DNA of 64,000 bases from Candidatus Saccharimonadota bacterium. GTDB taxonomy: Bacteria > Patescibacteriota > Saccharimonadia > Saccharimonadales > Saccharimonadaceae. A program made the position numbers and the translations under genes. Shown here one piece after another: positions 49,088-58,019 of this stretch (position 1 is the first letter of the stretch; each line of letters begins with the position of its first letter). Under the pieces are notes generated by a model that was given only the letters and a program-made list of their open reading frames with translations, was not told where the DNA came from and searched no databases. Location of the stretch: assembly GCA_017519305.1 (NCBI GenBank), contig JAFWSN010000001.1, positions 120,296-184,295 on the forward strand, in the 5' to 3' direction.

Positions 49088-50518
49088 ATGCATTTCAAGA
49101 CTATTTTCAAATCTCTCAAGAATAAAGACATGCTTCGCCGTGTTTTCATTATTCTTGGTATCCTAGTGGCCTATCGTCTGCTTGCCCACATTCCAGTACC
49201 GATGGGAAACGCATCAACTTTCCAGGAAGCTGTCGCTAACCTGCTCAATAAATCCGACTTCTCGAGCTTCCTTAACCTTATCTCTGGTGGTGGTCTTGCC
49301 TCATTCAGTATTATCTTAGTCGGTCTTTCACCATACATTACCGGCTCAATCATTATTCAGCTTCTCACCAAAGCGATTCCGTCTCTCGAAGAGCTTTCGC
49401 AAGATGGTGAAACTGGTCGTCGCAAGATCAACCAGTGGACCCGCATGCTCACTATTCCTCTAGCAATTGTTCAATCTATCGCTTATATCTTTATCCTTTA
49501 TCAATCTACCGTCGCAAACGGCGTTGGTACTTTTGAGCCAACCATGGGCGACTGGATTCTCTCTGTTACCGCTATGACCGCCGGTTCCGTCATCTTGATG
49601 TGGCTTGGTGAGCTCATTACCGAACAGGGCATCGGCAACGGTATTTCTATGATTATCTTCGCCTCTATTATTTCTCAGCTTCCAACCACGCTTGCTAGCC
49701 TCGGTGGCGCTTTGCTCGACACGACAAACGGCTCGCTTAGCCTCTTCGGTTGGTTTGAGCTCCCAGTTAACCCGACTATCTTCTGGATCACGCTCGGCTT
49801 CGCTATTGCTATGCTGGTAGTAATATTCTTCTTAGTCAAGCTCAACGAGGCTCAGAGGGTAATTACAATCAACTACGCTAAGCGTGTTCACGGTAACACT
49901 AGCTACGGCGGCATCAAATCAATCTTACCAATCAAGCTCATCGCCGCTGGCGTTATTCCAGTCATCTTCGCTACGGCTTTCTTGTCATTGCCAGCCCTTA
50001 TTGGCCAGGTAATTACATCGGTCAATCCAGAAAATACCCTCGGTACGACCTTAACAACACTCTTTACGGCGCCATCCGCCAGCAATTTCAGCACCATGTA
50101 TCCAGACGGTATCACTGCACAATGGTTCCTCTACCCAGCAATCTACTTCGTCCTAGTTATCATGTTCACCTATTTCTACACGTCAATCATCTTTAATACC
50201 AACGAGATTGCCGACAACCTCCAAAAACAAGGTGGCTTCATTGAGGGTGTTCGCCCAGGCATCACCACGGCCAAATATCTCGGCAAAGTTGTTAATCGCC
50301 TCAATCTCTTTGGTGCATTAGCTCTTGGCCTCATCGCTATGTTGCCATTCATTACAGACTATATCTTCATCGTTTTAATTGGCTATCCAATTGGTCTCTC
50401 TATCTCTGGTACTGGTCTTCTTATCGTGGTCACCGTCGCTCTTGAAAACCTCCGCTCTCTGGATTCCCGCGCGCTAATGGTAACATACGACGACTTCAGC
50501 AATGAATCTCAAGACTAG
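49088..50518 (+). CDS. secY: Preprotein translocase subunit SecY
   Basis: GLSPYITGSIIIQLL, GETGRRKINQWTR, GIGNGIS, AGVIPVIFA, GGFIEGVRPG. Confidence 0.98.
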   Translation: MHFKTIFKSLKNKDMLRRVFIILGILVAYRLLAHIPVPMGNASTFQEAVANLLNKSDFSSFLNLISGGGLASFSIILVGLSPYITGSIIIQLLTKAIPSLEELSQDGETGRRKINQWTRMLTIPLAIVQSIAYIFILYQSTVANGVGTFEPTMGDWILSVTAMTAGSVILMWLGELITEQGIGNGISMIIFASIISQLPTTLASLGGALLDTTNGSLSLFGWFELPVNPTIFWITLGFAIAMLVVIFFLVKLNEAQRVITINYAKRVHGNTSYGGIKSILPIKLIAAGVIPVIFATAFLSLPALIGQVITSVNPENTLGTTLTTLFTAPSASNFSTMYPDGITAQWFLYPAIYFVLVIMFTYFYTSIIFNTNEIADNLQKQGGFIEGVRPGITTAKYLGKVVNRLNLFGALALGLIAMLPFITDYIFIVLIGYPIGLSISGTGLLIVVTVALENLRSLDSRALMVTYDDFSNESQD

Positions 50519-51188
50519 GCACTGGGGGCGAATTGCATTAATCGTAGCTGGCGTACTCGTCGCCGGATTAATCTTGACATTCTTCCTTCGCGTCATGCTT
50601 TGGGAAAAAGATTACTACGAGCAGAAAAAAGGCTCCGAGCGAGCCCTTCCGGAACATGTCGAGATTGAGGGCGTCGTAGACGAAACCCCAATCACCGAAG
50701 AACAGATCGTAGAATACACGGTGGCCCCAGGAAGCCCACGCTATCTTACTATTGGCAAAATTGACGTCAGCCAGGCTAGAATTATCCAGGTAGGCACGCT
50801 TAAAAACGGCGAAATGGGCACACCAAACAATATTTTTGACGCCGGCTGGTATAACCAGACTAATCGCCCGGGCGAAGGTGGCAAAATCATTATTGATGGA
50901 CACAATGGTGGTCCAACCAAATCAGGTATCTTTAAGAGGCTCCCAGAGCTCGAAAATGGCGACATCGTCTCAATTGAACGTGGCGATGGTATGAAATTCG
51001 ACTACCGTGTTGTCGAGAGCGTTAGCCGCGAAGTAAAAACCGGCGCAGCTAGTACTGAGATGCTTAAAGCCTTTCAAACACCAAATGTCGAGACCGTCGT
51101 TTTGATCACTTGTACTGGCGAATGGCTCGAGAACGAGAGCACTTATAGTCAACGCCAATTCGTCTACGCCGAGCTGGTTACCGAATAG
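50502..51188 (+). CDS. Sortase (class F-like)
   Basis: N-terminal membrane anchor; AGWY, IIIDGH (His), LITC (Cys), SQR (Arg); 17-bp overlap with secY. Confidence 0.85.
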   Translation: MNLKTRHWGRIALIVAGVLVAGLILTFFLRVMLWEKDYYEQKKGSERALPEHVEIEGVVDETPITEEQIVEYTVAPGSPRYLTIGKIDVSQARIIQVGTLKNGEMGTPNNIFDAGWYNQTNRPGEGGKIIIDGHNGGPTKSGIFKRLPELENGDIVSIERGDGMKFDYRVVESVSREVKTGAASTEMLKAFQTPNVETVVLITCTGEWLENESTYSQRQFVYAELVTE

Positions 51189-51264
51189 GCCAAAAATCAT
51201 CAAAAAATCTCTTAAAAAGTCATTTACAAATAGTCCATTTTGTGCTACAATGAGCGAGTAATTT

Positions 51265-51489
51265 ATGGCTAGTCAAAAAGAAGTGATTAAACTCACGGGT
51301 AAAGTCGTTGAGTCTTTGCCTAATACCCAATTTCGGGTTGAACTCGAGAATGGCCATATTATTGTTGCTCATATGAGCGGACGTATGCGTAAGAATTACA
51401 TCCGTCTCGTGCCGGGCGACAGAGTCGAGGTTGAGTTAACCCCTTACGATCTTACAAAGGGCAGAATCAGCTTTCGTCTCAAAGATTAA
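51265..51489 (+). CDS. infA: Translation initiation factor IF-1
   Basis: [36 protein letters not shown]. Confidence 0.98.
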   Translation: MASQKEVIKLTGKVVESLPNTQFRVELENGHIIVAHMSGRMRKNYIRLVPGDRVEVELTPYDLTKGRISFRLKD

Positions 51490-51497
51490 TATTAACC

Positions 51498-51608
51498 GTT
51501 ACAGTTTTCATAACACATTTTCGCGAAGTGTTATGAGGATTTTAGCGATTAAAAGTCTAAAATGGGTCATTTCTGTGCCCAGTAGTCTTTTACGCTAATT
51601 ACTGTGAC
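51498..51608 (+). promoter_or_regulatory. Structured three-way-junction RNA element upstream of rpmJ
   Basis: GTTACAGT/ACTGTGAC closing stem enclosing a 9-bp hairpin and a long interrupted hairpin. Confidence 0.5.
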
Positions 51609-51634
51609 AATAAAAGAAAGGAATCTTTTAACAC

Positions 51635-51751
51635 ATGAAAGTACGTGCTAGTGTTAAAAAAATCTCCCCTGATGACATCATTGTCCGCCGCAAAGGTGTA
51701 CTTCGTGTTATCAACAAGAAAAAACCTAAAAATAAGCAAAGGCAGGGTTAA
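51635..51751 (+). CDS. rpmJ: 50S ribosomal protein L36 (Cys-free form)
   Basis: Translated by hand as [38 protein letters not shown]; absent from the ORF track. Confidence 0.95.
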   Translation: MKVRASVKKISPDDIIVRRKGVLRVINKKKPKNKQRQG

Positions 51752-51756
51752 AATAT

Positions 51757-52143
51757 ATGGCTAGAATTGCTAGCGTCGTTATTCCTTCCGACAAACAGGT
51801 CTGGATTGCATTGACCTATGTTTACGGAATCGGCAGAACGACATCTAAAGCCATCCTTGCGGAGGCTAAAATCGAGCCTACCACTCGGGTGAAAGATCTC
51901 ACCGAGGCTGAAGAACAGAAAATCAACGACATTATTTCCGCGAAATATCATGTTGAAGGTGATCTACGTCGTCTCGTGAGCAATAATATTAAACGCTTGA
52001 AGGATATCAACTCTTATAAAGGTATCCGCCACAAGGCTAAATTACCAGTCAACGGCCAACGTACTCGTACGAATGCACGTACACGTAAGGGTAAGGCGAT
52101 CGCGGTCGGTGGTGCACAACCAAAAGCAGCAAGTAAAACTTAG
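51757..52143 (+). CDS. rpsM: 30S ribosomal protein S13
   Basis: [34 protein letters not shown]. Confidence 0.98.
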   Translation: MARIASVVIPSDKQVWIALTYVYGIGRTTSKAILAEAKIEPTTRVKDLTEAEEQKINDIISAKYHVEGDLRRLVSNNIKRLKDINSYKGIRHKAKLPVNGQRTRTNARTRKGKAIAVGGAQPKAASKT

Positions 52144-52158
52144 AAAGGAGTATGAATT

Positions 52159-52608
52159 ATGGCAGAAGAAGAAGTTAAAACTACTACTGTCGCAGCTGAG
52201 CCAGAAATCGAAGCTGAAAAAGCTCCTAAAGCTAAGTCTGCGAAGAAAACTAAACGTGTTGTTACGGCTGGACAATTGCATATCCAAGCTACTTTCAACA
52301 ATACAATTGTCAGTGTTACTGATAAAAACGGCGGTATCTTGACCTCATCATCCGCTGGAGCCAATGGCTTCCGTGGTTCGAAGAAGGGCACAGCTTACGC
52401 TGCTCAAATCGCCGCTGAAAAAGCTCTTGAAAAAGCCAAAAAGGACTTTTCATTAAGTTCTGTTGACGTATTCGTCAAAGGTATCGGCCTTGGCCGCGAT
52501 AGCGCAATCCGCGCCGTCTCAGCTTTCGGCATCAAGATCGACAGTATTACTGATGTAACCCCTATCGCTCACGGTGGTGTGCGTCCTAAGGGAGAAAGGA
52601 AACAGTAA
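52159..52608 (+). CDS. rpsK: 30S ribosomal protein S11
   Basis: ATFNNTIVS, GFRGSKKGTAYAAQ, DVTPIAHGG. Confidence 0.97.
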   Translation: MAEEEVKTTTVAAEPEIEAEKAPKAKSAKKTKRVVTAGQLHIQATFNNTIVSVTDKNGGILTSSSAGANGFRGSKKGTAYAAQIAAEKALEKAKKDFSLSSVDVFVKGIGLGRDSAIRAVSAFGIKIDSITDVTPIAHGGVRPKGERKQ

Positions 52609-53225
52609 TGGCACGTGATTATTCTCCAATCGTAAAACAAAGCCGTCGTGAAGGTTTTGCGCTTGCCTCAAAAGCACACAAAGTCATGGCAAAGAAATCT
52701 GGTATCCCAGGTGAACATGGCGATATGCGCGTACGTGGTGGTAGCCTCTATCTCACACAGCTCCGCGAAAAGCAAAAAGTTCGCCGCTTGTACGGCCTTC
52801 TCGAAAAGCAATTCGCAAAATTAATGAAAGAAGCCCAAAAAGCCGATGGTCTTACCGGCGAGAAACTCCTCGAACTCTTGGAGCGCCGCGCTGATAACGC
52901 CGTCTTCCGTGCTGGTTTTGCGACTACTCGTCGCCAAGCTCGCCAATTGGTTTCTCATGGACATTTCCTACTTAATGGTCGTCGTGTCGACATCCCATCA
53001 ATTCGTTTGAATCCTGGTGATGTTCTCGAAGTTCGTCCACGCTCAGCTAAGACTGAATATTTCAAAAATATTGCAGACGTGATGAGCGCATCTGGCCAAG
53101 CTCCACTTTCATGGTTGAAGGCCGATGGTAAGAAATTGAAAATTGAAATTACCGGTTTACCGAAGCGCGAAGAAGCTGAGGTGGGCATTAATGAGCAATT
53201 AATCGTTGAGTATTACTCACGCTAA
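52608..53225 (+). CDS. rpsD: 30S ribosomal protein S4
   Basis: QLREKQKVRRLYG, LERRADNAVFRAG, ARQLVSHGH, VEYYSR. Confidence 0.98.
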   Translation: MARDYSPIVKQSRREGFALASKAHKVMAKKSGIPGEHGDMRVRGGSLYLTQLREKQKVRRLYGLLEKQFAKLMKEAQKADGLTGEKLLELLERRADNAVFRAGFATTRRQARQLVSHGHFLLNGRRVDIPSIRLNPGDVLEVRPRSAKTEYFKNIADVMSASGQAPLSWLKADGKKLKIEITGLPKREEAEVGINEQLIVEYYSR

Positions 53226-53240
53226 GGAGAAAACTAGAAT

Positions 53241-54191
53241 ATGACAACAAAAGTTATTCACGAAGCAACATTAGCTGGTGTCAAAGAGCTCGGAGAAAAC
53301 AGTGCCGAATTTACCATCAAGCCACTTTACTATGGCTATGGCAACACTCTCGGTAACTCCCTCCGCCGCGTTCTCCTTTCTAGCGTGAAAGGTGCAGCTA
53401 TTACCGCCTTCTCAATCGAAGGTTCAACTCATGAATTCGCAGCCATCAAAGGTATCCGCGAAGACGTTGTCGATATTATGCTCAATTTGAAGAACATTCG
53501 CTTCAAATGTCATAACGATAATCCTGTTGAACTCACTCTTGAGATTAAAGGTGATAAGCAATCTGAAAAAGATGGCGACAAACGTGTTGTTGCTGGTGAC
53601 ATCAAACTCCCAGCCGACATCGAAGTTGCTAATCCAAACCAAGTTATCTGCCACATCGATGATCCAAAATTCGTCCTCAAGATGCATTTCATCGTCGAAA
53701 CTGGCCGCGGTTACCTTACTATCGAGAAATCTGGTGAGGAACGCGTACATGGTGATATGATTGCGCTCGATGCTGTATTTACTCCAGTTTTGCGCGTACG
53801 CTACAAAGTTGAAAACACTCGTGTCGGTCAAGATACGAACCTTCAACAATTAACTTTGACCATTGATACCGATGGCACTATTACTCCAAAGGAAGCCTTT
53901 GAGGAAGCTGCTGCTATCTTGGTCAACCAATATACCGCCCTCGCTGGCAGCACTACCGTCGAAACTGCTCCAGCCCCAGGCCTTAAGTCCGAAGAAGATG
54001 ATTCAAGCTTGATGCTTCCTATTGAAGACCTTGATCTCTCAGCTAGGACCGCTAATGCACTTCTTAACAATGATATTAAAACCGTTCGTGATCTCGTCAT
54101 GCTCTCTGAGAATGATTTGAAAGATTTGAAGGGCTTTGGTTCGAAGGCATTAGACGAAGTTAAAGAAAAATTAACGGAGTTTAAATTCTAA
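53241..54191 (+). CDS. rpoA: RNA polymerase alpha subunit
   Basis: GYGNTLGNSLRRVLLSS, IALDAVFTPV, alphaCTD LSARTANAL. Confidence 0.98.
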   Translation: MTTKVIHEATLAGVKELGENSAEFTIKPLYYGYGNTLGNSLRRVLLSSVKGAAITAFSIEGSTHEFAAIKGIREDVVDIMLNLKNIRFKCHNDNPVELTLEIKGDKQSEKDGDKRVVAGDIKLPADIEVANPNQVICHIDDPKFVLKMHFIVETGRGYLTIEKSGEERVHGDMIALDAVFTPVLRVRYKVENTRVGQDTNLQQLTLTIDTDGTITPKEAFEEAAAILVNQYTALAGSTTVETAPAPGLKSEEDDSSLMLPIEDLDLSARTANALLNNDIKTVRDLVMLSENDLKDLKGFGSKALDEVKEKLTEFKF

Positions 54192-54192
54192 T

Positions 54193-54576
54193 ATGCATCG
54201 CCACGGATACAAAGGCCGCAAGTTCGGCCGTGAAACCGACCAGAGGTTGGCACTCCGCCGCGGGCTGATGTGCTCTCTGATTAAATATCAATCTATAACA
54301 ACTACCCTTGCTAAGGCTAAAGAAATTCGCCGTGACGCCGAGAAGCTTATCACCATCGCTAAGAAAGGTGGTCTTGCTAACCGTCGTGTTGTGATTGCTC
54401 GTTTGAACAGCATCGAAGCTGGCGATCTTCTCGTTGACGTAATTGCCCCACAAATCAAGCGTGATTCCGGCTACCTCAGAATTGAGCGTGCTGGTGTCCG
54501 CAAAGGTGACAATTCCGAAATGGCAACCATTTCTTTCGTTGACGGAATCAGCCTAGACAAAAAGGAGGCTAAATAA
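54193..54576 (+). CDS. rplQ: 50S ribosomal protein L17
   Basis: MHRH, ITTTLAKAKE, EKLIT, GYLRI, GDNSEMA. Confidence 0.96.
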   Translation: MHRHGYKGRKFGRETDQRLALRRGLMCSLIKYQSITTTLAKAKEIRRDAEKLITIAKKGGLANRRVVIARLNSIEAGDLLVDVIAPQIKRDSGYLRIERAGVRKGDNSEMATISFVDGISLDKKEAK

Positions 54577-55001
54577 TGAAAACCTATTCTCAAAAAGGTT
54601 CAGAAGTTAGCCGCGAATGGTGGGTAATTGACGCTTCGACTTTACCACTCGGTAAACTTGCTGTCGTTATCGCCGACAAGTTGATGGGTAAATCCAAAGT
54701 AACCTATACCCCACATATCGACAACGGTGACTACGTCGTTGTAACGAACGCCAAGAACCTCGTCGTGACTGGCAACAAAATGGTTGATAAGAAATATTAT
54801 CGCCACAGTGGATTCCCAGGTGGTTTGACCGAACTCAAACTCGAGGAAGTTCTTGAAAAAGATCCTACCCTCGCAATTAAAGAAGCAGTCAAGGGAATGC
54901 TCCCGAAGAATAAACTCGCAGCTGACCGCATGGCTCGCCTTCGCGTTTTCGAAGGTGCTGAGCACGCACACACTGCTCAAAATCCAAAGGAGATTAAATA
55001 A
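54576..55001 (+). CDS. rplM: 50S ribosomal protein L13
   Basis: WWVIDA, YTPHIDNGDYVVVTNA, YYRHSGFPGGL, GMLPKN. Confidence 0.98.
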   Translation: MKTYSQKGSEVSREWWVIDASTLPLGKLAVVIADKLMGKSKVTYTPHIDNGDYVVVTNAKNLVVTGNKMVDKKYYRHSGFPGGLTELKLEEVLEKDPTLAIKEAVKGMLPKNKLAADRMARLRVFEGAEHAHTAQNPKEIK

Positions 55002-55402
55002 TGACTACTGCTAAATCATATGTTTACGGTCTCGGTCGCCGCAAAGCTGCAACCGCAACCGCTCGTCTCTACAAAGGTAAAGGCAACATTACAATTAACG
55101 ACAAAGCAGCTCTCGATTATCTCTCTGGTAACAAAACTTACCTCGCTGAGATTACCGATCCGCTAGCTCTCGTTAGTAAACAAAAAGACTACGACATCAC
55201 TATCCTTGTCAAGGGTGGTGGTCTCGCTGGCCAAGTTGACGCTATTAAACTCGCAATTTCAAAAGCTCTCGTTACTGAGGCTCCAGATCTTCGCCCAGTT
55301 CTTAAGAAAGCTGGTCTCATCAAGCGTGATCCACGTGAGAAAGAACGCAAGAAATACGGTCTTCGCTCCGCTAGGAAACGCGAACAGTTCAGCAAGCGTT
55401 AA
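55001..55402 (+). CDS. rpsI: 30S ribosomal protein S9
   Basis: GRRKAATA, GGGLAGQ, RDPREKERKKYG, QFSKR. Confidence 0.98.
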   Translation: MTTAKSYVYGLGRRKAATATARLYKGKGNITINDKAALDYLSGNKTYLAEITDPLALVSKQKDYDITILVKGGGLAGQVDAIKLAISKALVTEAPDLRPVLKKAGLIKRDPREKERKKYGLRSARKREQFSKR

Positions 55403-55410
55403 TCAATTGC

Positions 55411-55441
55411 AAAAAGTACCCCTCACAAGGGGTACTTTTTT
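55411..55441 (+). terminator. Terminator of the infA-rpsI ribosomal cluster
   Basis: AAAAAGTACCCC-TCACAA-GGGGTACTTTTT. Confidence 0.88.
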
Positions 55442-55460
55442 GTGCTATAATGTTTGCTAT

Positions 55461-55536
55461 GGGGCGTTAGCTCAGCTGATAGAGCGCAGCATTCGCATTG
55501 CTGAGGTCGCGGGTTTGATTCCCGCACGCTCCACCA
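55461..55536 (+). tRNA. tRNA-Ala(CGC)
   Basis: GGGGCGT/ACGCTCC acceptor with G3:U70; CAGCA-TTCGCAT-TGCTG; CCA encoded. Confidence 0.94.
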
Positions 55537-55603
55537 AAAATGAAAAAAACGAGAGTTCACTCTCGGCTTTTTATTTTTTTTAGGACGCGTCCCGGGAATA
55601 TGT

Positions 55604-55621
55604 TTCCCGCACGCTCCACCA
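55604..55621 (+). repeat. 18-bp direct repeat of the tRNA-Ala(CGC) 3' end
   Basis: TTCCCGCACGCTCCACCA at 55519-55536 and 55604-55621. Confidence 0.9.
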
Positions 55622-55635
55622 CATTTTATGGACAT

Positions 55636-55665
55636 AAAAAATAACCCCCGTAGGGGTTATTTTTT
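55636..55665. terminator. Bidirectional terminator
   Basis: AAAAAATAACCCC-CGTA-GGGGTTATTTTTT. Confidence 0.85.
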
Positions 55666-55675
55666 AGTGGCTTAA

Positions 55676-56071
55676 TTATTTGCCAAGGCTCTTTTTGATT
55701 GGAACCCATGGTGCAGCAGCTGCAAGAACACCAAAGATAGCGGTCCAGTAGAGGCCGATACCTGCGCTAGCGTATGAACCGAGGCTACCAGCATCAGCGA
55801 TCTTGACGATGGCCAAGATGAGGATGATGGCGCCGAGTACCGAGATAGCGATCTTGGCGTATAGGTGAATGTCTTCTTTCATGATGAAAGCGCAAGCGAT
55901 GGCTGCAATTGCCAAGAAGGCAATGAAAGTGAGCCAACCGTCACCTTCAGAACCAGCTGCTGAGACTGAAACACCAAGGACGGAAACCGTAACCCATGGC
56001 AAGAAGGTACCGATACAACCGATCAATGCAACTGCACCGGCAACAATACTTTTTAATGAAACTTTTTTCAT
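55676..56071 (-). CDS. Hypothetical 4-TM membrane protein
   Basis: Four hydrophobic segments, FLPW and GDGW motifs; AAAGGA SD. Confidence 0.75.
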   Translation of the reverse strand: MKKVSLKSIVAGAVALIGCIGTFLPWVTVSVLGVSVSAAGSEGDGWLTFIAFLAIAAIACAFIMKEDIHLYAKIAISVLGAIILILAIVKIADAGSLGSYASAGIGLYWTAIFGVLAAAAPWVPIKKSLGK

Positions 56072-56128
56072 ATTATTCCTTTATATTAATTACTTTTATT
56101 ATTGCATAAGCGCGAATTCAGTGCAAGA

Positions 56129-57529
56129 CTAAATCGCAGGAACAGGGAATTTAAGAGCGAGTTCGCGAACTTCATCTCTGATGGCATCGAGTTTGTCTTT
56201 GAAGTCAACCAACTTCTCTTCGGAGCCAGCCTCGACACAGATATCGGCAACTTGTTTCATCCAACCACCAAGAGTCTTCATTTCCTCGACGCCAAGACCA
56301 CGGGTAGTGATGGCTGGGGTGCCAAGACGCACGCCAGACGGGCGGAAGGCGCCACCCTTATCGGAAGCAACAGCGTTTGCGTTCAAAGTTAAGCCAACCA
56401 TGTCGAGTGCGCGCTCGTAAATCTTACCATCAAAGCCAAAGCTCTTCTTGACATCGGCGAGAATTAAATGGTTCTCGGTGCCGTCACCTTGGAGTACGAA
56501 GCCATATTTTTTGAGCTCTTCAGCAAGAGTTTTAGCATTAAGAACAATATTCTTAGCATATTCCTTGAATTCTGGCTTCAGATCTTCGCCAAATGCCACA
56601 GCTTTTGCAGCGATTACGTGTTCGAGTGGGCCGCCCTGGGTGCCAGGGAAGACTGCGCGGTCAATCAAGATAGGAATATTAGCAAGCTTCTTTTCTGGTT
56701 TCTTGAGTGGGGAAGCAACGTTCCCTTTTGACAAGATGATACCGCCACGTGGACCGCGCAAAGTCTTGTGGGTCGTAGTAGTCATCACGTCAAAGCCATG
56801 ATCTAGTGGGTTTGGATGTACGCCACCAGCGATTAGGCCAGCTACGTGTGCCATGTCGGCCATGAGTAGGATTTCGTGACCAAATTTCTTCTCGGCGGCC
56901 TCGCGAATTTTGGCAACGCGGTCGAAATCAGGAATTTTCATAAAGGCGGAATAGCCTACAAGCATGATTTTTGGATCACAGTCGAGAGCTTTTTTCTCGA
57001 AGTCTTCATAATCAATATCGCCATCTTCGCCCACGCCGTAGCCGACGAAGTTATAGATATGGGCAGAAAGAGTAACTGGAGCGCCGTGGGTTAAATGACC
57101 ACCAGCTGGAAGCGACATACCGAGTACAGTGTCACCTGGCTCAAGCCAAGCGTAATAGACGGCATTGTTTGCCTGAGCGCCAGAATGTGGCTGAACGTTG
57201 GCATGATCAGCATTAAAGAGGCGGCAAGCGCGGTCGATAGCAATACGCTCGACGCGGTCGATGTTTTCCTGACCACCGTAATAGCGGTAGTTTGGTAAGA
57301 TTTCCTTAGCGATACGAGACTCGTCCCATTCCTCAAAATCTGCCTCATCGGCGCGGCCACAGCCAACACCGTCAAAATGCGGGTAACCTTCGGAATATTT
57401 GTTGGTCAAAATTGAACCCATAGCTTCAAGCACGGCGGCCGAAACATAGTTTTCGCTTGGAATCAATTCCAAACCTTCACTTTGCCTCTTTTTCTCACCC
57501 TCAATTAAATCGAATATCGGATCTTTCAT
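56129..57529 (-). CDS. glyA: Serine hydroxymethyltransferase
   Basis: LIPSEN, NKYSEGYP, VQPHSGAQAN, DMAHVAGL, TTTHKTLRGPRGG, SGVRLGTPAITTRG. Confidence 0.98.
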   Translation of the reverse strand: MKDPIFDLIEGEKKRQSEGLELIPSENYVSAAVLEAMGSILTNKYSEGYPHFDGVGCGRADEADFEEWDESRIAKEILPNYRYYGGQENIDRVERIAIDRACRLFNADHANVQPHSGAQANNAVYYAWLEPGDTVLGMSLPAGGHLTHGAPVTLSAHIYNFVGYGVGEDGDIDYEDFEKKALDCDPKIMLVGYSAFMKIPDFDRVAKIREAAEKKFGHEILLMADMAHVAGLIAGGVHPNPLDHGFDVMTTTTHKTLRGPRGGIILSKGNVASPLKKPEKKLANIPILIDRAVFPGTQGGPLEHVIAAKAVAFGEDLKPEFKEYAKNIVLNAKTLAEELKKYGFVLQGDGTENHLILADVKKSFGFDGKIYERALDMVGLTLNANAVASDKGGAFRPSGVRLGTPAITTRGLGVEEMKTLGGWMKQVADICVEAGSEEKLVDFKDKLDAIRDEVRELALKFPVPAI

Positions 57530-57538
57530 GTTGTCTCC

Positions 57539-58018
57539 TTAGTTAATTTTGGTATATTTGGCGAAAGCGTAGGTTAAATCATCGCTGTTACCTTTCCTTA
57601 TTATGGTTTTTTCGTAAAGTTTTTCGTTAAATTTCGGGAAGAACGTGTCGGCTTCATGCTCTGCATCTACCTCTGTTAAATAAAGGTTTTTAGCAAGCGG
57701 CAAAAATTCTTTATAAACAAATCCGCCACCAATCACAAAAATTTCTTCGTCAGTATCTAGATTTTTACTAATAAAATCATCCAAGTCGGTTACTGGAATA
57801 ACATCTTCTGGCAACTTTTCTGGACTATGGGTTAAAACGTAATTCGTGCGGCCAGGTAGGGCGTGCGGCAAAGAGAAAAATGTGCGATCGCCCATAATCA
57901 CCGGATGCCCCATTGTGGTCTCTTTGAAGAATTTCATATCTTCTTTAATATGAAAAACTAGGTCGCCATTTAGGCCAAGTTCACGATTTTTTCCAACACA
58001 CGCAATAATACTAAACAT
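57539..58018 (-). CDS. folA: Dihydrofolate reductase
   Basis: IIAC, DMKFFK, VIMGDRTF, LPGRTN, IGGG, DTFFP. Confidence 0.93.
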   Translation of the reverse strand: MFSIIACVGKNRELGLNGDLVFHIKEDMKFFKETTMGHPVIMGDRTFFSLPHALPGRTNYVLTHSPEKLPEDVIPVTDLDDFISKNLDTDEEIFVIGGGFVYKEFLPLAKNLYLTEVDAEHEADTFFPKFNEKLYEKTIIRKGNSDDLTYAFAKYTKIN

Positions 58019-58019
58019 A

